A DNA stretch of 64,000 nucleotides from Lama guanicoe. Its lineage: Eukaryota. Location of the stretch: the NCBI GenBank assembly GCA_013239625.1, contig MU054049.1, positions 2,173,892-2,237,891 of the forward strand. The letters are read 5' to 3'. Below, in pieces: positions 23,970 to 37,719 of this stretch. The position numbers and the translations under genes were made by a program. Positions within the stretch are counted from its first letter, which is position 1; each line of letters starts with the position of its first letter. The notes beneath the pieces are model-generated. The model was not told where the DNA came from. It saw only the letters and a list, made by a program, of their open reading frames with translations, and searched no databases.

Positions 23970-25154
23970 TACAGGATCTCTAAGTGAGGCCTGGCTGTCT
24001 TACCAGCTCCATATTAGCCTTCTTTGATCAAGTGAATTAAGAAGACATATTATTTATTACCCCCACCTCTGAAAGTGTTAAACAAGAGCACAACATGATT
24101 AGTAAATGATTCCGTTTGGAAGGTGAAGCATAGAGACACAGTAGTTACTCTTGTGTAGCAGTTCTTTAATGTTTATGGACAGATATTATAAAGGAAGTTT
24201 CTCTTCTGTGAAAGGGAAGGATGTTTGTTGATTAGACTCTGATTTTGTTCCCTGGGAGAAACACTCAACATCCTTTTTTCTCCTTGGCTCCAGAGACCAT
24301 CCTTCAGAGTTCTTCTTTTTCCATTATTTTACTTGGCACCATCCCACATCCAAAATTGATACTGGGAGCATGCTTTCTTGGACATCGTGAAATTGGCCTG
24401 TTTGTAGAAAGTTGGACTCCCAGAGATTGTTTTTAGATCCTAAATGGTCAGTGTTCTAAATCTGAGCTTGTGGTTTTTCTGCCAATACATTTCCTACAGA
24501 AACTTAGCAGACTTCTTATCCACTTGCTTCCAGTCAATTCAGCGTACCAATAGCCAAACTTATTTTTTTATCTTTTCCAGACACAGCCAGCAGTAACCAC
24601 ACACTATGAAATTTCATTTATCAGTTTTCCCATAGAATTTTAAAGTCATGACGTGCATGGCTTATCTTCTAAGTTGGAGCCATCAACAGATTTTGGAAAT
24701 GTTTTTCTACTGCATATGGTGGATCATCATCTTTTCATTCTCTGATATGAAATTCCTCATTGCTTATAGAGTGGTTACTGAGAAAATGTGACTTGTTCAT
24801 GTTTATGTTCATGTTTACCCACTTCTGGTAGCACTTTCTGTTGGGGAGGTGGCCAAGGGACCAGTTGTTTTATTTGTAGACTTCTGTCTCTGTTTTTTAG
24901 CCAGCAGTTTACTACCACTGTAACCTGAGGCCTGAGCCCCTGGGCATCCTATAGGAAAATTAGCTCATTTTGTATCTTTATCCATTATTTCACATACTTT
25001 TTATTGTGGCTTTCTCCACATTGCTAAACTCATTGCTATTGCCATTTTTTTCTGTCTTTAGAAAACAGTTGAAATCTGTTTTGTCTGCTTGGGTACCCTC
25101 TCTTCGTTTGTGGCCTTGTGATTTATATCTTTTTTTTTCTTTCATTTTTTTCAA

Positions 25155-27510
25155 AATTTAATTTTTCAGTTTGAGGTAACTGTAGGTTCTTATGCAATTA
25201 TAAGAACTATGTAGAGGGATCTCATTTAACCTTTGTCCAATTTCTCCCAGAAGTTAACACCTTGCAAAATTTTAGTACAATATTACAACTAGGATATTGA
25301 CATCTTTATAGTCAAGATGCAGAATATGTCTGTCACCACAAGGATTTCCTCATGCTGCTCTTTTATAGCTACACCCACTTCTCCCTGCTCCCACTGCCTT
25401 CTTAACCCCTGGCACTAATCTGTTCTGTCATTTCTATAATTTTGTCTTTTCCAGTGTATTATATAAATGGAATCATATGTGACCTTTCTGGTTTAGTTTT
25501 TTCCACTCAGCATGATTCTCTGAAGATTCATCCTGATTGTTACATGCCCAAATAGTCTTTTTTTATTCTGTTTTTTTTCAATTGCTGCGTAGTTTTCTAT
25601 GATATGAATGTACCATAATTTGTTCAGTCATTCACGTACCAAAGAACATCTAGTTGAATAAGGCTGTTAAAACATTTGTGTGCAGGTTTTTGTGTAACTG
25701 TATGAGTTTATTTCCCTAGTATAAAAGAACTGGAGTGCAATTGCTGGGTGGTATGATATTTGCATGTTTTGAAGAAATTGCCCAAGTGTTTTCCAGGGTG
25801 GATGTACCATTTTACATTCTTACCAATAACATAAGTGTGATTCAGTTTCTCCTCATCCTTGCCCACATTTTGGTGTTGGCACCAGTTTTTATTTTAGTCA
25901 TTCTGTTGGTATGTAGTGATACTTCATTGTAACGTTAATTTGCATTTCCCTAATGGCTAATAAGGTTGAACATATTTTCATGTGTTTATTTGCCACTTGT
26001 ATATTCTCTCAGTGAAAGTCTCTTCATGTCTTTTGCCCATTTCCTAATTGGATTTTTTTTTTATCGCTGGTGAGAGTTCCTTATATATCCTAGATACTAG
26101 TCCTTTGTCAGATATGTGGTTTGCAAATATTTTCTCCCACTCTTTAGCTTTCGTTTTTTGTTGTTTGAAGAAAAAAAGTTTTTATATTTATTATATTGTG
26201 TATTTATGAAGTCCAATTTGTAAATTTTTCCAGTTGGGGGTCATGCCTTTGGTATCAGGTCTAGGGACTCTTAAGTCCTAAATCCTAAAGATTTAGTTTT
26301 ATGCTTCCCCCCACCCCCAAATGGTTTATCGTTTAAGCTTATACATTTAAGTTCATGAACTACTTTGAGTTAACTTTTGTATAAGGTGTTGAAACTTCAT
26401 TCAAGGTTCATTTATTTTTTCCATATTGCTCTGGCATTATTTGTTGAAAAGTAATCTTTCCTCTATTGAATTGCTTTATCAAAAATCATTTGGGCATATT
26501 TGTGTGGGTCTACTTAGGGATTCTCTGTTCTGTTCCATTGATTTATATGTCTCTCTCTCCACCTGTACCACACAGTCTTGATTAGGGTAACTCTGTACTA
26601 AAACTTGAAATCAGTAGACTGATTCTTCTCATTCTGTTCTCTTTAAAAAGTGTTTCACTTTTGTCTTTTCATATACATTTGAAAATAGTCTTATCTATAT
26701 CTACAAAAATCTTTAGAAGATTTTGACAGGAATCTTGTTAAACTTGTATATTAATTAGGGAATAATAGACATGTTTTTACTTTGTTGAGTCTTCTAGTCC
26801 ATGAACACAGTATGCATCCTAATTTATTAATTTATTCTCTGATTTCTTTCACCAGCACTTTAAAGCATAAAAGATATTTGTTAGATTTACACCAAAGTAT
26901 GTCATTTTTACATGATTATAAATGGTGTTGTATTTTTACTTTCCGTATTCTTGTTTTCAATGCTATATAAGTATATAGAAGTACAACTAATTTTAACGTG
27001 TTTATCTTGTATCCTGCAACTTTGCTGAATTTACTTATTCTGGGAGTTTTGGGGGTTTTTTGGTAGATTTCTTGGGACTTTCTATATAGACAATCATGTT
27101 ATCTGAAAATAGGTACAATTTTTTTCTTTCCAATCTGTATTCCTTATATTTCTTTTCTTGCCTTATTGCATTGGCCAGAACTTCCAGCACTATGTTAAAT
27201 AAGAGTTGCCCTTTTCCCAATCTTAGAGTTGAAGGCAACTGGTTTCTCATCATTAAGTATAATGTTAGGTGTAGAGTTTGTTTTTTGTTTTTTTTGTTTT
27301 TTTTTTTTGGAGGTGCTCTTTTTCAATTTAAGGAAATTTTTTATTTCTGTCTTTCTGAGAGGTTTTTTTTTTAAATCGTGAATGGGTGTTGAATTTTATC
27401 AAATGCTTTTTCTGTGTTCTTTTGTGTCATCATATGATTTTATTCATTAGCCTCTTAACATTGTAGATTACATTGATTTTCAAAAACTGAAAAAACTTAC
27501 ATCCTTGGAA
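25155..27510 (-). mobile_element. Old L1 (L1MB/L1MC-like) 3' UTR and ORF2, resuming after 29853
   Basis: ORF 27035-27253 ([18 protein letters not shown]...[19 protein letters not shown]) is decayed RT motif region. Confidence 0.85.
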
Positions 27511-29725
27511 GAGTCTTAATTTTAAAATCTATTTTGTCTGATATAAGTATTGCTACTCTAGCTTTCTTTTGGTTTCTGTTTGCATGGAATATTCTTTTCC
27601 ATCCCCTCACTTTCAGCCTCCATGTGTCTCTAGCACTGAAGTGGTCTCTTGTAGACAGCATATATTTGGGTCTTGTTTTTGTATCCATTCAACCAGTCTG
27701 TATCTTTTGGTTGGAGCATTTAATCCATTTACATTTAGGTAATTATTGATACGTATGTTCTTATTGTCATTTTGTTCATTGTTTTGGGTTTGTTTTGTTG
27801 GTCTTTTTCTTCTCTCTTTTTTTCTTTTGGTTCTCCTGTGGTTTGATGACTAGAGAAGTTCCTTTAATATTTGTTGTAAAGCTGGTGGTGCTGAATTCTT
27901 TTAGCTTTTGTTTATCTGTGAAGCTTTTGATTTCTTCATCAAATCTGAACAAGAGTCTTGCTAGATAGAGTATTCTTGGTTGTAAGTTTTCCCCTTTAAA
28001 TATTTTAAACATTTCATGCCACTCTCTTCTGGTCTGTAGAGTTTCTGTTGAAAAATGAGCTGATGACCTTATGAGAGTTCCCTTGTATATTATTTGTTGC
28101 TTTTCTCTTGCTGATTTTAATATTTTCTCTTTGTCCTTAATTTTTGTCAGTTTGATTACTATGTGCCTTGGTGTATTCCTCTTTGGATTAATCCTTTGTG
28201 GATGTCTCTGCACTTCCTGGACTTGGGTGACTGTTTCCTTTCCCAAGTTAGGGAAGTTTTTGGCTATTATCTCTTTGAATATTTTCTCAGGTCCTTTCTC
28301 TCTCTCTCCTCTTACAGGGACCCCTATAATGTGAATATTAGTGCACTTAATGTTGTCCCACAACTCTCTTAAACTATCCTCATTTCTTGTCATTCTTTTT
28401 TGTATTCTGTAGTAGTGATTTCCACTACTCTATCTTCTAGCTCACTGATCTGTTCTTCTGCCTCATTTAGTCTATTCTTGGTTCTTTCTAGCATGTTGTT
28501 CATTTTAGTAATTGTATTCTTCAACTCTATTTGGGTATTCTTTATATTTTCTAAGGCTTTGCTGAAAAGTTCTTTCTGTACATCTATACTCCTCCTGAGC
28601 TCTCTGAACATCTTCACCATGATTATTCTAAACTCTTCCTTGGATAAATTGCCTATCTCCTCATCACTTATTTCTTCTTCTGGGATTTTATCTTGTGCTT
28701 TGGCCTGGAAGATATTTGTCTGCCACCTCATATTGCTTAACTTTGTATTTTTAGGTAGGTTAGTTACGTTTCTCAACCTTGGAGAAGTGGCACTCTGTGG
28801 GAGACCTCCTGTGCATCCTAGCAGTACACTCCTCTCTTGTCACCCAAGGGCCAGGGTCCAGCCGGTCCCAGGGTAGAGACTGGCCTGCATTTGTGAATTC
28901 CTTCCACAAGCTTTGGGATTGTATTTTTCTTATTTCTGGTATCTGTCCCCTGGTGGATGAGGCTGGACTAGAGGCTTGTGCAGGTTTCCTGGCAGGAGGA
29001 GTTGGTGCCTTCCCACTGCTTGGTGCAGCTTGATCCTGGCCCTCTGGTGGGAATGGCTGTATCTAGGGGCGTGTCTAGAGGGCTCAGCAAATCTGGTGAT
29101 GGGTGGGGCTGCATTCCCACCAAGCATGTTGTTTGGCCTGAGGCTTCCCAGCACTTAAGCCTGCAAGCTGTTGGGTGGAGGTAGGTCTTGGTGCTAATGA
29201 TCCAAGAAAGATGTTCGACTCCAGGAAAGCTCATGTAGATGAACACTCCTGAATGTCCGCCACCAGCTTTTATGTCCCCAGGATGAGCCACAGCTGTCCC
29301 CCAACTCCCCAGGAGACCTTCTAAAACCAGCAGGCGGGTCTGGCCTAGGTTCCTATGAAGTCACTGCTTATGCCCTTGGACCTGGCATGCGGGAAATTCT
29401 GTGTGCACTTCCTAAGAGAGTGAAGTCTCTCTTTCCCCGAGTCCTGTGGGGCTCCTGGAGTTAAGCCCTGCGGGCCTTCAAAACCAGATGTCCTGGAATC
29501 TTCTCCTCCCAGTGGCGTAACTCCAGGCTGGGGAGCCTGACATGGGCTTTAGAACTCCCACTCCTGTGGGATGGCTTTTGCAATTAAATTATTCTTCAGC
29601 TTGTGGGTTGCTCGCCCCGGGGTTCATGGGGCCTAATTATATCTCGAAAACACCCCTCCTACTATCCTGCTGAGGTTCCCTCTTTATGTTTCCATTTGAA
29701 GAGGATCTTTTTTGCTAGGTTCCAG

Positions 29726-29760
<35 letters not shown>

Positions 29761-29852
29761 GTGGTTGTTTAGCAGTCAGTTGTGGTTTTGTTATAGTCCT
29801 GAGAAGAGGTGAAGCTCATGGTCCTGCTACTCCACCATCTTGACCGGAAATC
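27511..29852 (-). mobile_element. L1 5' UTR + ORF1 + start of ORF2 only
   Basis: ORF1p and endonuclease-start remnants (KKARVAILISDKIDFK); 5' end with YY1-like 'ccatcttg'; flanked by a ~20-bp duplication. Confidence 0.92.
27790..28776 (-). pseudogene. L1 ORF1p remnant (frameshift near 28390)
   Basis: Coiled-coil EEQISELEDR, then SLRELWDNIKCTNIHIIGVP, TPRHIVIKL, ARREW-like TRREW, LQPRILYLARL. Confidence 0.9.
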
Positions 29853-31180
29853 AAAACCTTACATCATTAGAATAAGCCTCATTTGGTCATGGTTTATAAT
29901 TCTTTTTCTGTTTGCAGAATTCAGTTTCCTAGTGCTTTGAGGGTTCTTTTTTCTGCTTGGAGATCTTTCTATAGCCATTTCATCCTTTTGGGGTACATTT
30001 GCTAATGACACAGCCTCTTACTTTACTTTTGTCACAAATGTCTTGATTTCTCCTTCCTCTCTGAAGGGTATTTTTATTGGATATAGGGTTCCAAGTTGAC
30101 AGTTCTTTTCTTTCTGTCCATGAAAGGTTTTCTGTCTCTTCCTTCTGGCCTCCCTGGCTCCTAATGAAATATTTTCTGTTATTTAAATGATTTTCCTCTT
30201 ATAGGTAAGGTGTTGTTTCTTTCTCACTGCTTTCAAGATGTTTTCTTTGTCTTTAGTGTTCAGAAGTTTGACTATGATTTGTCTTGGTTAGGATTTGCTT
30301 GAGTTGGTCCTGTTTGGGATTTTCTCAGAATTTTGAGTCTGTAAATGTATGTATCTTTTGCTAGATTTGGGAATTTTCAGCTATTATTTCAAATACTTTT
30401 TCAGCCCCTGTCTCTCCTATGACATGAATGTTAAATATTCAGTTATAATCCCACAGGTCCCTGAGGCTCTGTGCATTTTTCTTTTTCAATCTGTTTTCCT
30501 CTCTGTCATTCAGAATGGGTAGTTTCTATTGGTCTGTGTGCTGGTCCACTGCTTCATTTCTGTCCCTGCCATTGTACTGAGCCAATCTTTTGGTTTTTGT
30601 ATTTTGGCAGTTGTATTTTTCAGTTCTGAAATTTCCCTTTGGTTCTTCTTTGTATCTTTAAAAAAAAAAGACACAGCGGTTGGTGGGGGGAAAGTCCCAG
30701 CTACTTACTCCGCTCTCTGATACCGTCCTGATGGGGATGTTGGAATGCTTTGTTAACATCTTGATGAGAGAGCTTCGCTCACATGGTTGGGGGTGTGGCC
30801 AGTTTTTTTCTGTGGTATTTGGTTGGAGTAGGGTGGTGGTTGTCTGAAATATTTTTGTCTTTCTAGGCTGACTCTTGCCTACTTCTTTAGTTAGAAAGTG
30901 CTGGCTTTTCTTGGATTTTTTGGGGGGTCCACACCTATTGGTGTTTCTGAATTTACCAATACTTCAGCTCCAAGTTTGGGGTATATGAGACAAAAAGAAA
31001 ACCCAGGGAACTGAACACCATGTTGTTCCTTGAATCTTGAGGTCCCTAGCTGGTCTACCTTCTTCTTTCTGCCTTTTACAGTCTTATATTTGTTTTATAT
31101 GTTAATGTCCAGAGTTTTTACTTGTGCTTACTGGCACAAGTAGGGAAAAGTACATTTACTCTATCTTCCCAGAAGTGTAA
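29853..31180 (-). mobile_element. Continuation of the old L1 plus ORF1/5' fragments
   Basis: 'tttggtcatggtttataattc', 'ctgctttcaagatgttttctttgtctttagtgttcagaagtttgactatg'. Confidence 0.65.
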
Positions 31181-32104
31181 GCTGCTTCTTTTTAAAAAAT
31201 CTTTTTACTGTCATTTTAATAGAGTCTTGGTAGAAGAGAAACTAAACCTAAGTATTCAGTCCACATCTTTACTTCTTAATGTTTTATACATTTGTATGAA
31301 TTAGACAGATTGAATATTTTATTTGCTTAGTGCTTGTATTGTTCATGGCACACAAAATTTATGTGGAAGAGCCTTTGGGGAATAACTGAGAGCATGAATC
31401 TTTGCTTGGCTAAGGTTTCTCAAAAATCTCTGTGCCGTAAATGAGTTCCTTCTGTGTTACTCCCAGAAAAATTAGTTTGCTTTTTGTTAAGTTCCTTTAG
31501 GGTAGTTGATATGGAAGATGTTTCTTTAATACTATAACCTAATTTTTAAGCTAAAATGTCCTTTTCTTTAACTTTTAAACATTTTTAGTGAAAATTTTTA
31601 CAATATGTCAGTATGTGTATATACACACATGCACTATATATCTTTCATATGTATTGAAATGATTGAACTTTCACTTAAACTTTAAAAAGAATATTATAAA
31701 ATGACCTTTTATTTTGTGCTAGGAGGCTACATACTGTAAACCTTTAAGTTTATCTTGATTTGTTAAAGACTAATTTAAAAATATTCTCAGGAGGGACGTC
31801 TTTTATATTAGATTATATTAAAGCATTAAAATTTTAAAGAATCACTGAAAGTCTTAAGTTTATTAACTCAGTTGTGAAAATGTTAGGAATGTTCTAGAAC
31901 TTACCAAGGTAGCATAATGGTTAAGGGTATCCACCACGCCTGGTTACTTCATCTGTATGGTTTGGCTGATCACAATTGCACTACTTCATAAGGTGATTGT
32001 GATGATGTGTTTTCTTTTTAACTTGTTAAAACTGAAAATTTTTTCTGTTTTATCATAAAACTTAAAAAAGAGTCAGTTCTGTTACTAACAACTAATAACA
32101 ACTT

Positions 32105-32300
32105 GATATAGTTCTGAGGAAACTGGACTTAAGAGTTAGGAAGCCTGAGTTCCACTCTCAACTTTCCTGAGTGGCTGCTGGACCTCGGGAGCACAGCCTT
32201 TCTTCATCTCTTTCTGCCTTGTTTTACTCATATGTAAAAAGTAGGTTAGGTTTGAACTGGTTGATCTCTGAGATTCCATCTACTTCTTCCATTCTGCTTT
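32105..32300 (+). mobile_element. MIR (MIR3-like)
   Basis: 'actggacttaagagttaggaagcctgagttcc ... ctttgttttactcatatgtaaaa'. Confidence 0.6.
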
Positions 32301-33417
32301 TTGTCTCCCACTGAATCATAATTGAGTTATAACACATCATGAGGAGAAAACTCAGAGAAGAAGAAGGCTTAGGGCTGGAGGGCAAGATAGATTTATAGAA
32401 ACTTCTAAGGGCTGATGCGTTGAGAATAATTAGGTTTGTTTCACATATTTCTAATCGAGGGCAAAACTAATGCCTTTTGATGGAAGAGGGGCGATCTTGA
32501 CTCAGCTTAATGGGCATGTTTCCAAAAATTATTCCTTGTCCAACATTGAAATGGGCTGCCTTAGCTGCTAGGTTCTTCCTAACACTGAAAGGACAAAGAT
32601 CAAGGTCAAACGGGCAGATGGTGCATCAGAGTCAGGTTGAAGTTATTGAAGTTTCATTCAGGGATGGTGCTGAATGATGTCTCTAACTTTCTGGCCTCCC
32701 ATGGGTGGAAATCATGGCATGATAAAGTTGTTAAAATAATCAAGAAAAAAATAGATTGTGGTGTGGCACCGTGGTCACTAACTTGGTAACTGAATTATAA
32801 TTATGACAATTCATATACTGAATTCCCTTTTATCTGTGAGTTCTTTTCGGTCTCAGTTTAGAGAATGTTGCTCCTTTTAGTCTTACATAGTTTTTGATGA
32901 TTCATCTGGGAAAAGCAGCACTGTTATTCTTTTTCAATGGTCTTTGAATGCTTGCCACTTTTCTTTTAAGCTAAGCTGGGAACTGTGAGTTGGGGTTCTT
33001 AGGTCCTTGAGATATGTAGCTAAATTTGTCATCGACTGTGTGGGTGCATTGCCAACTTCTCTGGAGATGTTTACCAGTCTGGGCAATTTTGATAATATTA
33101 TCTTCTTACAGTTTCTGCTGTGAGGCAGTCTCTGAAAAGATAGATGATATGTGGTGGAGCAAGCCCTTGGGGGAAAAAAGGTATTTTTATTACTTTTATT
33201 AAATTATAATGTTCTTGTTCCCAGCTCCTGAGCTAGAATTTTGGTCCAAAGGAACAGTTCTCTCATCCTGCCTTAGCATCTGGTTGAGGAAGTTGTGCGT
33301 GTGTGTGGGTGTGTGTGTTTACATTTCCTAGACTGCCTCAGATCTTTACCCACTGTGTATCCTGTTCCTGCTGCATTGGGATTAAACTCTGCTGTGTTGC
33401 TGGATAAATCAATTTAT

Positions 33418-33631
33418 GACAAGTTTCTCAACTTTAGCACTATTGACACTTGGGTCTGTGTGATTCTTTGTTGTGGGGGCTGTCCAGTGCATTTTAGGAT
33501 GTTTAGCGGCATCCTTGGCCTCTTCCCACAAGGTACCAGTAGCACCTTGACCTTACGGCAACCAAGAATTCCTCCAAGGCATTGCCAAAAAATTCCCTGG
33601 GTGGCAAAATAACCCCCTTTGAGAACCACTG
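33418..33631. mobile_element. MER20 (hAT-Charlie)
   Basis: 'tttctcaactttagcactattgacacttggg...ggatgtttagcggcatcc...ttgagaaccactg'. Confidence 0.88.
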
Positions 33632-35184
33632 ACTTACGGATGCCTCTCAGCCAGCCCTGTGCTACAGTTATGGTCATCCTACACCCATTTGTTTTCTCCA
33701 CGTTGTCAGCCTTGCTCACAGCCTCCTTCCTCTGACTGTGCTCTGCTCAGCTAATTAGGTGGAAGGTTGCCAAGTGGAAGGTGGAATCAGTGGGGAATAA
33801 GGCAGAACTGGAGTCAGGTGTGGCCCTGGGTAGTGGCTGAGCACTGCAACATGCAGATGGGTGTGTCTTCTGGTGGCAGCAAATGATTAGACTTAAAAAC
33901 AAATGCTCTTTGACATGAAAGCAAGCTGACAATGACACTGGTGGTCCTAGCACACAGCACTAATCAGGTATGTGGTGTCCTGTTGTCTGAAGCCTGCCTC
34001 GGGAGTCTGGAGTTTTGAAGGAAAGCGCTTTCGTCCTTAATGTTTTTATTTGAAAGAAGCAAAGATAATAAAAACTGCATCTTGGTGAACATCCATATTC
34101 AATTTAGATTTCAGTTTTGAGGTGACTATAGTAGCTAGATAGAGTTAATCATTTTTAATGGATGAAATGAGGTGGGAGAATTTATAAATGTGAAGCAGCA
34201 AATGTTTAATGAGTGCAGCTGCGCATAGTGCCTTGCCCTTACAGAGTGCTCAGAGGGCTGAGGGAGCGAGACAGGCCATTGCAGAGGGTACTGCCATGTG
34301 AGGAGTGGTAGCTCTGTCTTGGGTGGGGGCAGGTGGTGAAGGGTGGGCAAGGAGAGATCTCACAGATAAATTCGAAACTGAAACAGCTGTTCCCAGTCCT
34401 TGTTTTATTCATTTTCAAACAATTACTGTTCATTATTAGTATTTTATTCTGGGCTTTATTTATTGTTTTTTAATTTAATCAAAGTTATCCTGAATGCCCA
34501 TTTTTTAATAAGCTTTATTCTCTGAATTTTCATTGCATAGCCTTTCCCATTTTTAATGTTTCTCAAGGACTGCATGTTGCATTTTATGGTTATATCCTAA
34601 TTTACCTAAGTGTAACATATAGTTTATTTTAAAGAACTTTGTTACTGGAAATATCCTTTGGTGAGTAACGTTGGGCATGCATTTTAATCCACAGTTCAGA
34701 TAGATGACTTCTTTAAGGATTCTGTCATAAACTGGAGTCACTGAGTGAGGTGGTGTGGATATTTTTAAGGCTCTTGGCTCCTGTTGCTGAACTGTGTTTC
34801 TGAAAGTTTCTAATTAACACTCTAGCTGGCAGGGAGGGTGTTGAGTGGCCATTTTAGGGCATTCTTGCCAAATTGGGTGTTTAAAAAAAAAATAACTGAT
34901 TTAACAGGTGGAAAACATCTCATTGTTATCTTTCTTTGCCTGTTTGAATTGTTAGTAAAGTTGATTTTTTTTGTTGTTTTTTTTCCTTTAAAAGTATGTT
35001 AGTTTCTTTCGTGAATTGACTGTACATGTTTTTTTCCCATTAATCTTTTGTAGTGTTACTGCTTTTTTTTTCTGATTCCTTTATACAATTTATTTATATA
35101 TTGAAGGAAGTGACCTTTTGTTTGTTGTGTTTGTCAAGAACACTTTCCCAGTTTTTCAATTATGTCTTTTGCTTTATGTGTGAC

Positions 35185-36720
35185 TTTTTATTTTGATATG
35201 ATTTCAAACTTAAGAGAAAAACTTTTAAGTTCGAGCAATTACCACATATCTTTTTACTAAGATTCACTAATTGTTATAAATTTACCCCATTAGCTTTATT
35301 ACTGTCTCTCTGTGCATATATATAAATGCATATTTTTCTGATTCATTTGGGTCTATGTTGTGTATTTCCTAAGAACCTGGGGCATTCTCTTATAGAACCA
35401 TAGTAAAATTATCTGTCGAGAAATTTAATAATTGATACAGTATTGTTTTCTAATTCACAGTTCACATTGCATTTTCAGCAGTTGTCCCTATAATCTCCTT
35501 TATTGCTGTTTTGTTTTCCCTGTCCAGTGTCCAATCCAGAGTTAACGTTGAATTTAGTTGTCATGTATCTTTAGTCTCTTAATTTGGAATAGTTCCTCAA
35601 TCTTTGTCATTCTTGAAATTGACATTTTTGAAGACTACTAACAAGTTTTGTTTTGTTTTGTTTCCTAGAATATCCCTCAGTTTGTGTTTGAAGTTTCCTC
35701 ATGGTTAGATTCAGGTTATACATTGTAGACTGAATAACACAAAAGTGATTTTTATTGTTCTCAGTGCAAGACATTTAGAGCCACCTGATGTTCGTTTGTT
35801 CCAATGTTGGTGATAACATTGGACACTTGGTTAAGTTGCTATTTGCGAGCTTTCTTTACTGCCAAGATACACATTTTCCCTTTGAAGGTAGTAAGTATTA
35901 ACACTGTATAAATATCCTGTTCCTTATCAAACTTTCACCCACAGGGTTTAGGATCAATGATGATTTTCCAACTCCATACTTTCATCTGTATTTATTAATT
36001 GGTGCTCTGTTGTAAACAAGAGCTTTCCTTCCTCCCTCCACCCCACCCCATTTATTTCTTTATTTGAATTATTCATAGATCTATTCTTTTTTAGATTCGT
36101 AGATCTATTCTTTTTTAAGCCTGTGACTTATTACTCTAGTTATTTTTTTGTATGATTTATTTTTATTTATTTATTTTGGGGAGCGGTAGTAAGGTTTATT
36201 TATTTATTTTTGGAGGAGGCACTGGGAATTGAACTCAGGGCCTCATGCATGTTGAGCATGCACTCTACCACTGAGCTATACCCTCCCTCTGCTCTAGTTA
36301 TTTTGATACTTGGATTGTCCCAGATTTGGTCAGTGTGCACCCTTTTAAGCTGGCTCCTGTCTCCATTTTATATGTCTCTCCTATTTGAGCATTTTTTTGC
36401 TTTCTGGTGTAAAAATGTACTCTCAGCTCATTTTTTGTGCCTCAGCTCTCAAATCAGCTTTTCTTCGGGGAGCCTTGTTCCTAGTAGTGGGGAACAAGAT
36501 CAGGGTGCAACTAGTATGTCACTATTTCTGTTTCCTTTTAGTGGACAGAGATAGGATATGTTTGTGTGTGTGCACGCGTGTGTGCACGTGTGTAGACACA
36601 CATGCACACATATCTGTATTTTTTTACTCTTACGTATTCAAAGCTGTGATTTTATATTGATACTGCCAATGTTAATCCAACACCGTGGGGGGACATTCTA
36701 ATGTCCCTCCTTATGCTGAA
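35185..36720 (-). mobile_element. Old L1 (L1MC-like) 3' region
   Basis: 'ttttattttgatatgatttcaaacttaagagaaaa', 'atttagttgtcatgtatctttagtctc', 'atggttagattcaggttata'. Confidence 0.7.
36147..36290 (-). mobile_element. tRNA-derived SINE (Vic-1-like)
   Basis: 'gcatgcactctaccactgagctataccctccc'; 13-bp TSD ctctagttatttt at 36134-36146 and 36292-36304. Confidence 0.9.
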
Positions 36721-37068
36721 TTTTGTCATAAGCTTTTGCATCTTGCTTACACACAGGGTGTAAAGATATTCTCCTGTGTTTCTTACTAGGAGTTTTATAG
36801 TTTCGGCTTTTAGGTTAAAATTAAGAGGTATAAACTTTCAGTTACAAAATAGGTGAGTCACAGGTGTGAAATGTATAGTGCAGGGGATGCAATCAGTAAT
36901 TGTGTAATACCTTTGTATGGTGACAGATGACAACTGGGCTTATTATGGTGATAATTTTGAAATGTATAAAAATATTGAATCACCATGTTGTGTACCAGGA
37001 GCCAACATAGTGTTGTAGGCCAATTAGAATATTTAGTCCCTTTGTATTTAATATACTTACTGATAGCA

Positions 37069-37710
37069 CAGTTGATCCTCATTATTCATGGATTCCATAT
37101 CTGCAAATTTGCCTGCTCACTAAAATGTGTTTGTAATCCCAAAATCAGTGCTCACAGTGTTCTCAGGGTTCATGAGCACGTCAGAGCAGTGAAATTTTTG
37201 CATCATCTGGTATGCAGGCTCCCAGCTGACATTGAACAAGTCATACTCTGCCTTCTTGTTCTATGTCTCATACTGTAAATGTGCCCTTTTTGTGATCTGT
37301 TCAATGCCAGGTTTTCCCCATTTTTGTGCTTTTTTGTTGATGATTTCATTGTTTAAAATTGCCCCTAAGCATAGTGCTGAGGTTATGTCTAGTGTTACTG
37401 AGTAAAGGAGGCTGTAATGTGCCTTACAGAGAAAATAGTCATGTTAGATAAGCTTCCTTCAGGCATGAGTTTAAAGTGCTGTTGGTCACAAGTTCAATGT
37501 TAATGAATGAACAAAATATATTTGCTAAATAAGGTGTCTTTAAACAGAAACATAAAACAAGGTTATGTATTGATGGTTTACTAAAGTGTTGTGATCAGAG
37601 CGTTGCAGGAACCTATCCCTGTGTTTCTTCTAGGAACAACTGTTCTGTATTCACTAATTCAGTGTTCATGGCAACTTGATGGAGTATAACTGCATAATGA
37701 GAATTGACTA
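37069..37710 (-). mobile_element. MER82-like (TcMar-Tigger) element, near full length
   Basis: TIRs 'cagttgatcctcattat' and 'ataatgagaattgact(a)|ta'; internal 'gttagataagcttccttcaggcatgagt'. Confidence 0.85.
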
Positions 37711-37719
37711 TAGTTGGGT

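Noticed and set aside
27776..28776. Functional ORF1p or domesticated L1 gene
   Set aside because: Frameshifted near 28390 and degenerate at the C-terminus; no sign of preservation.
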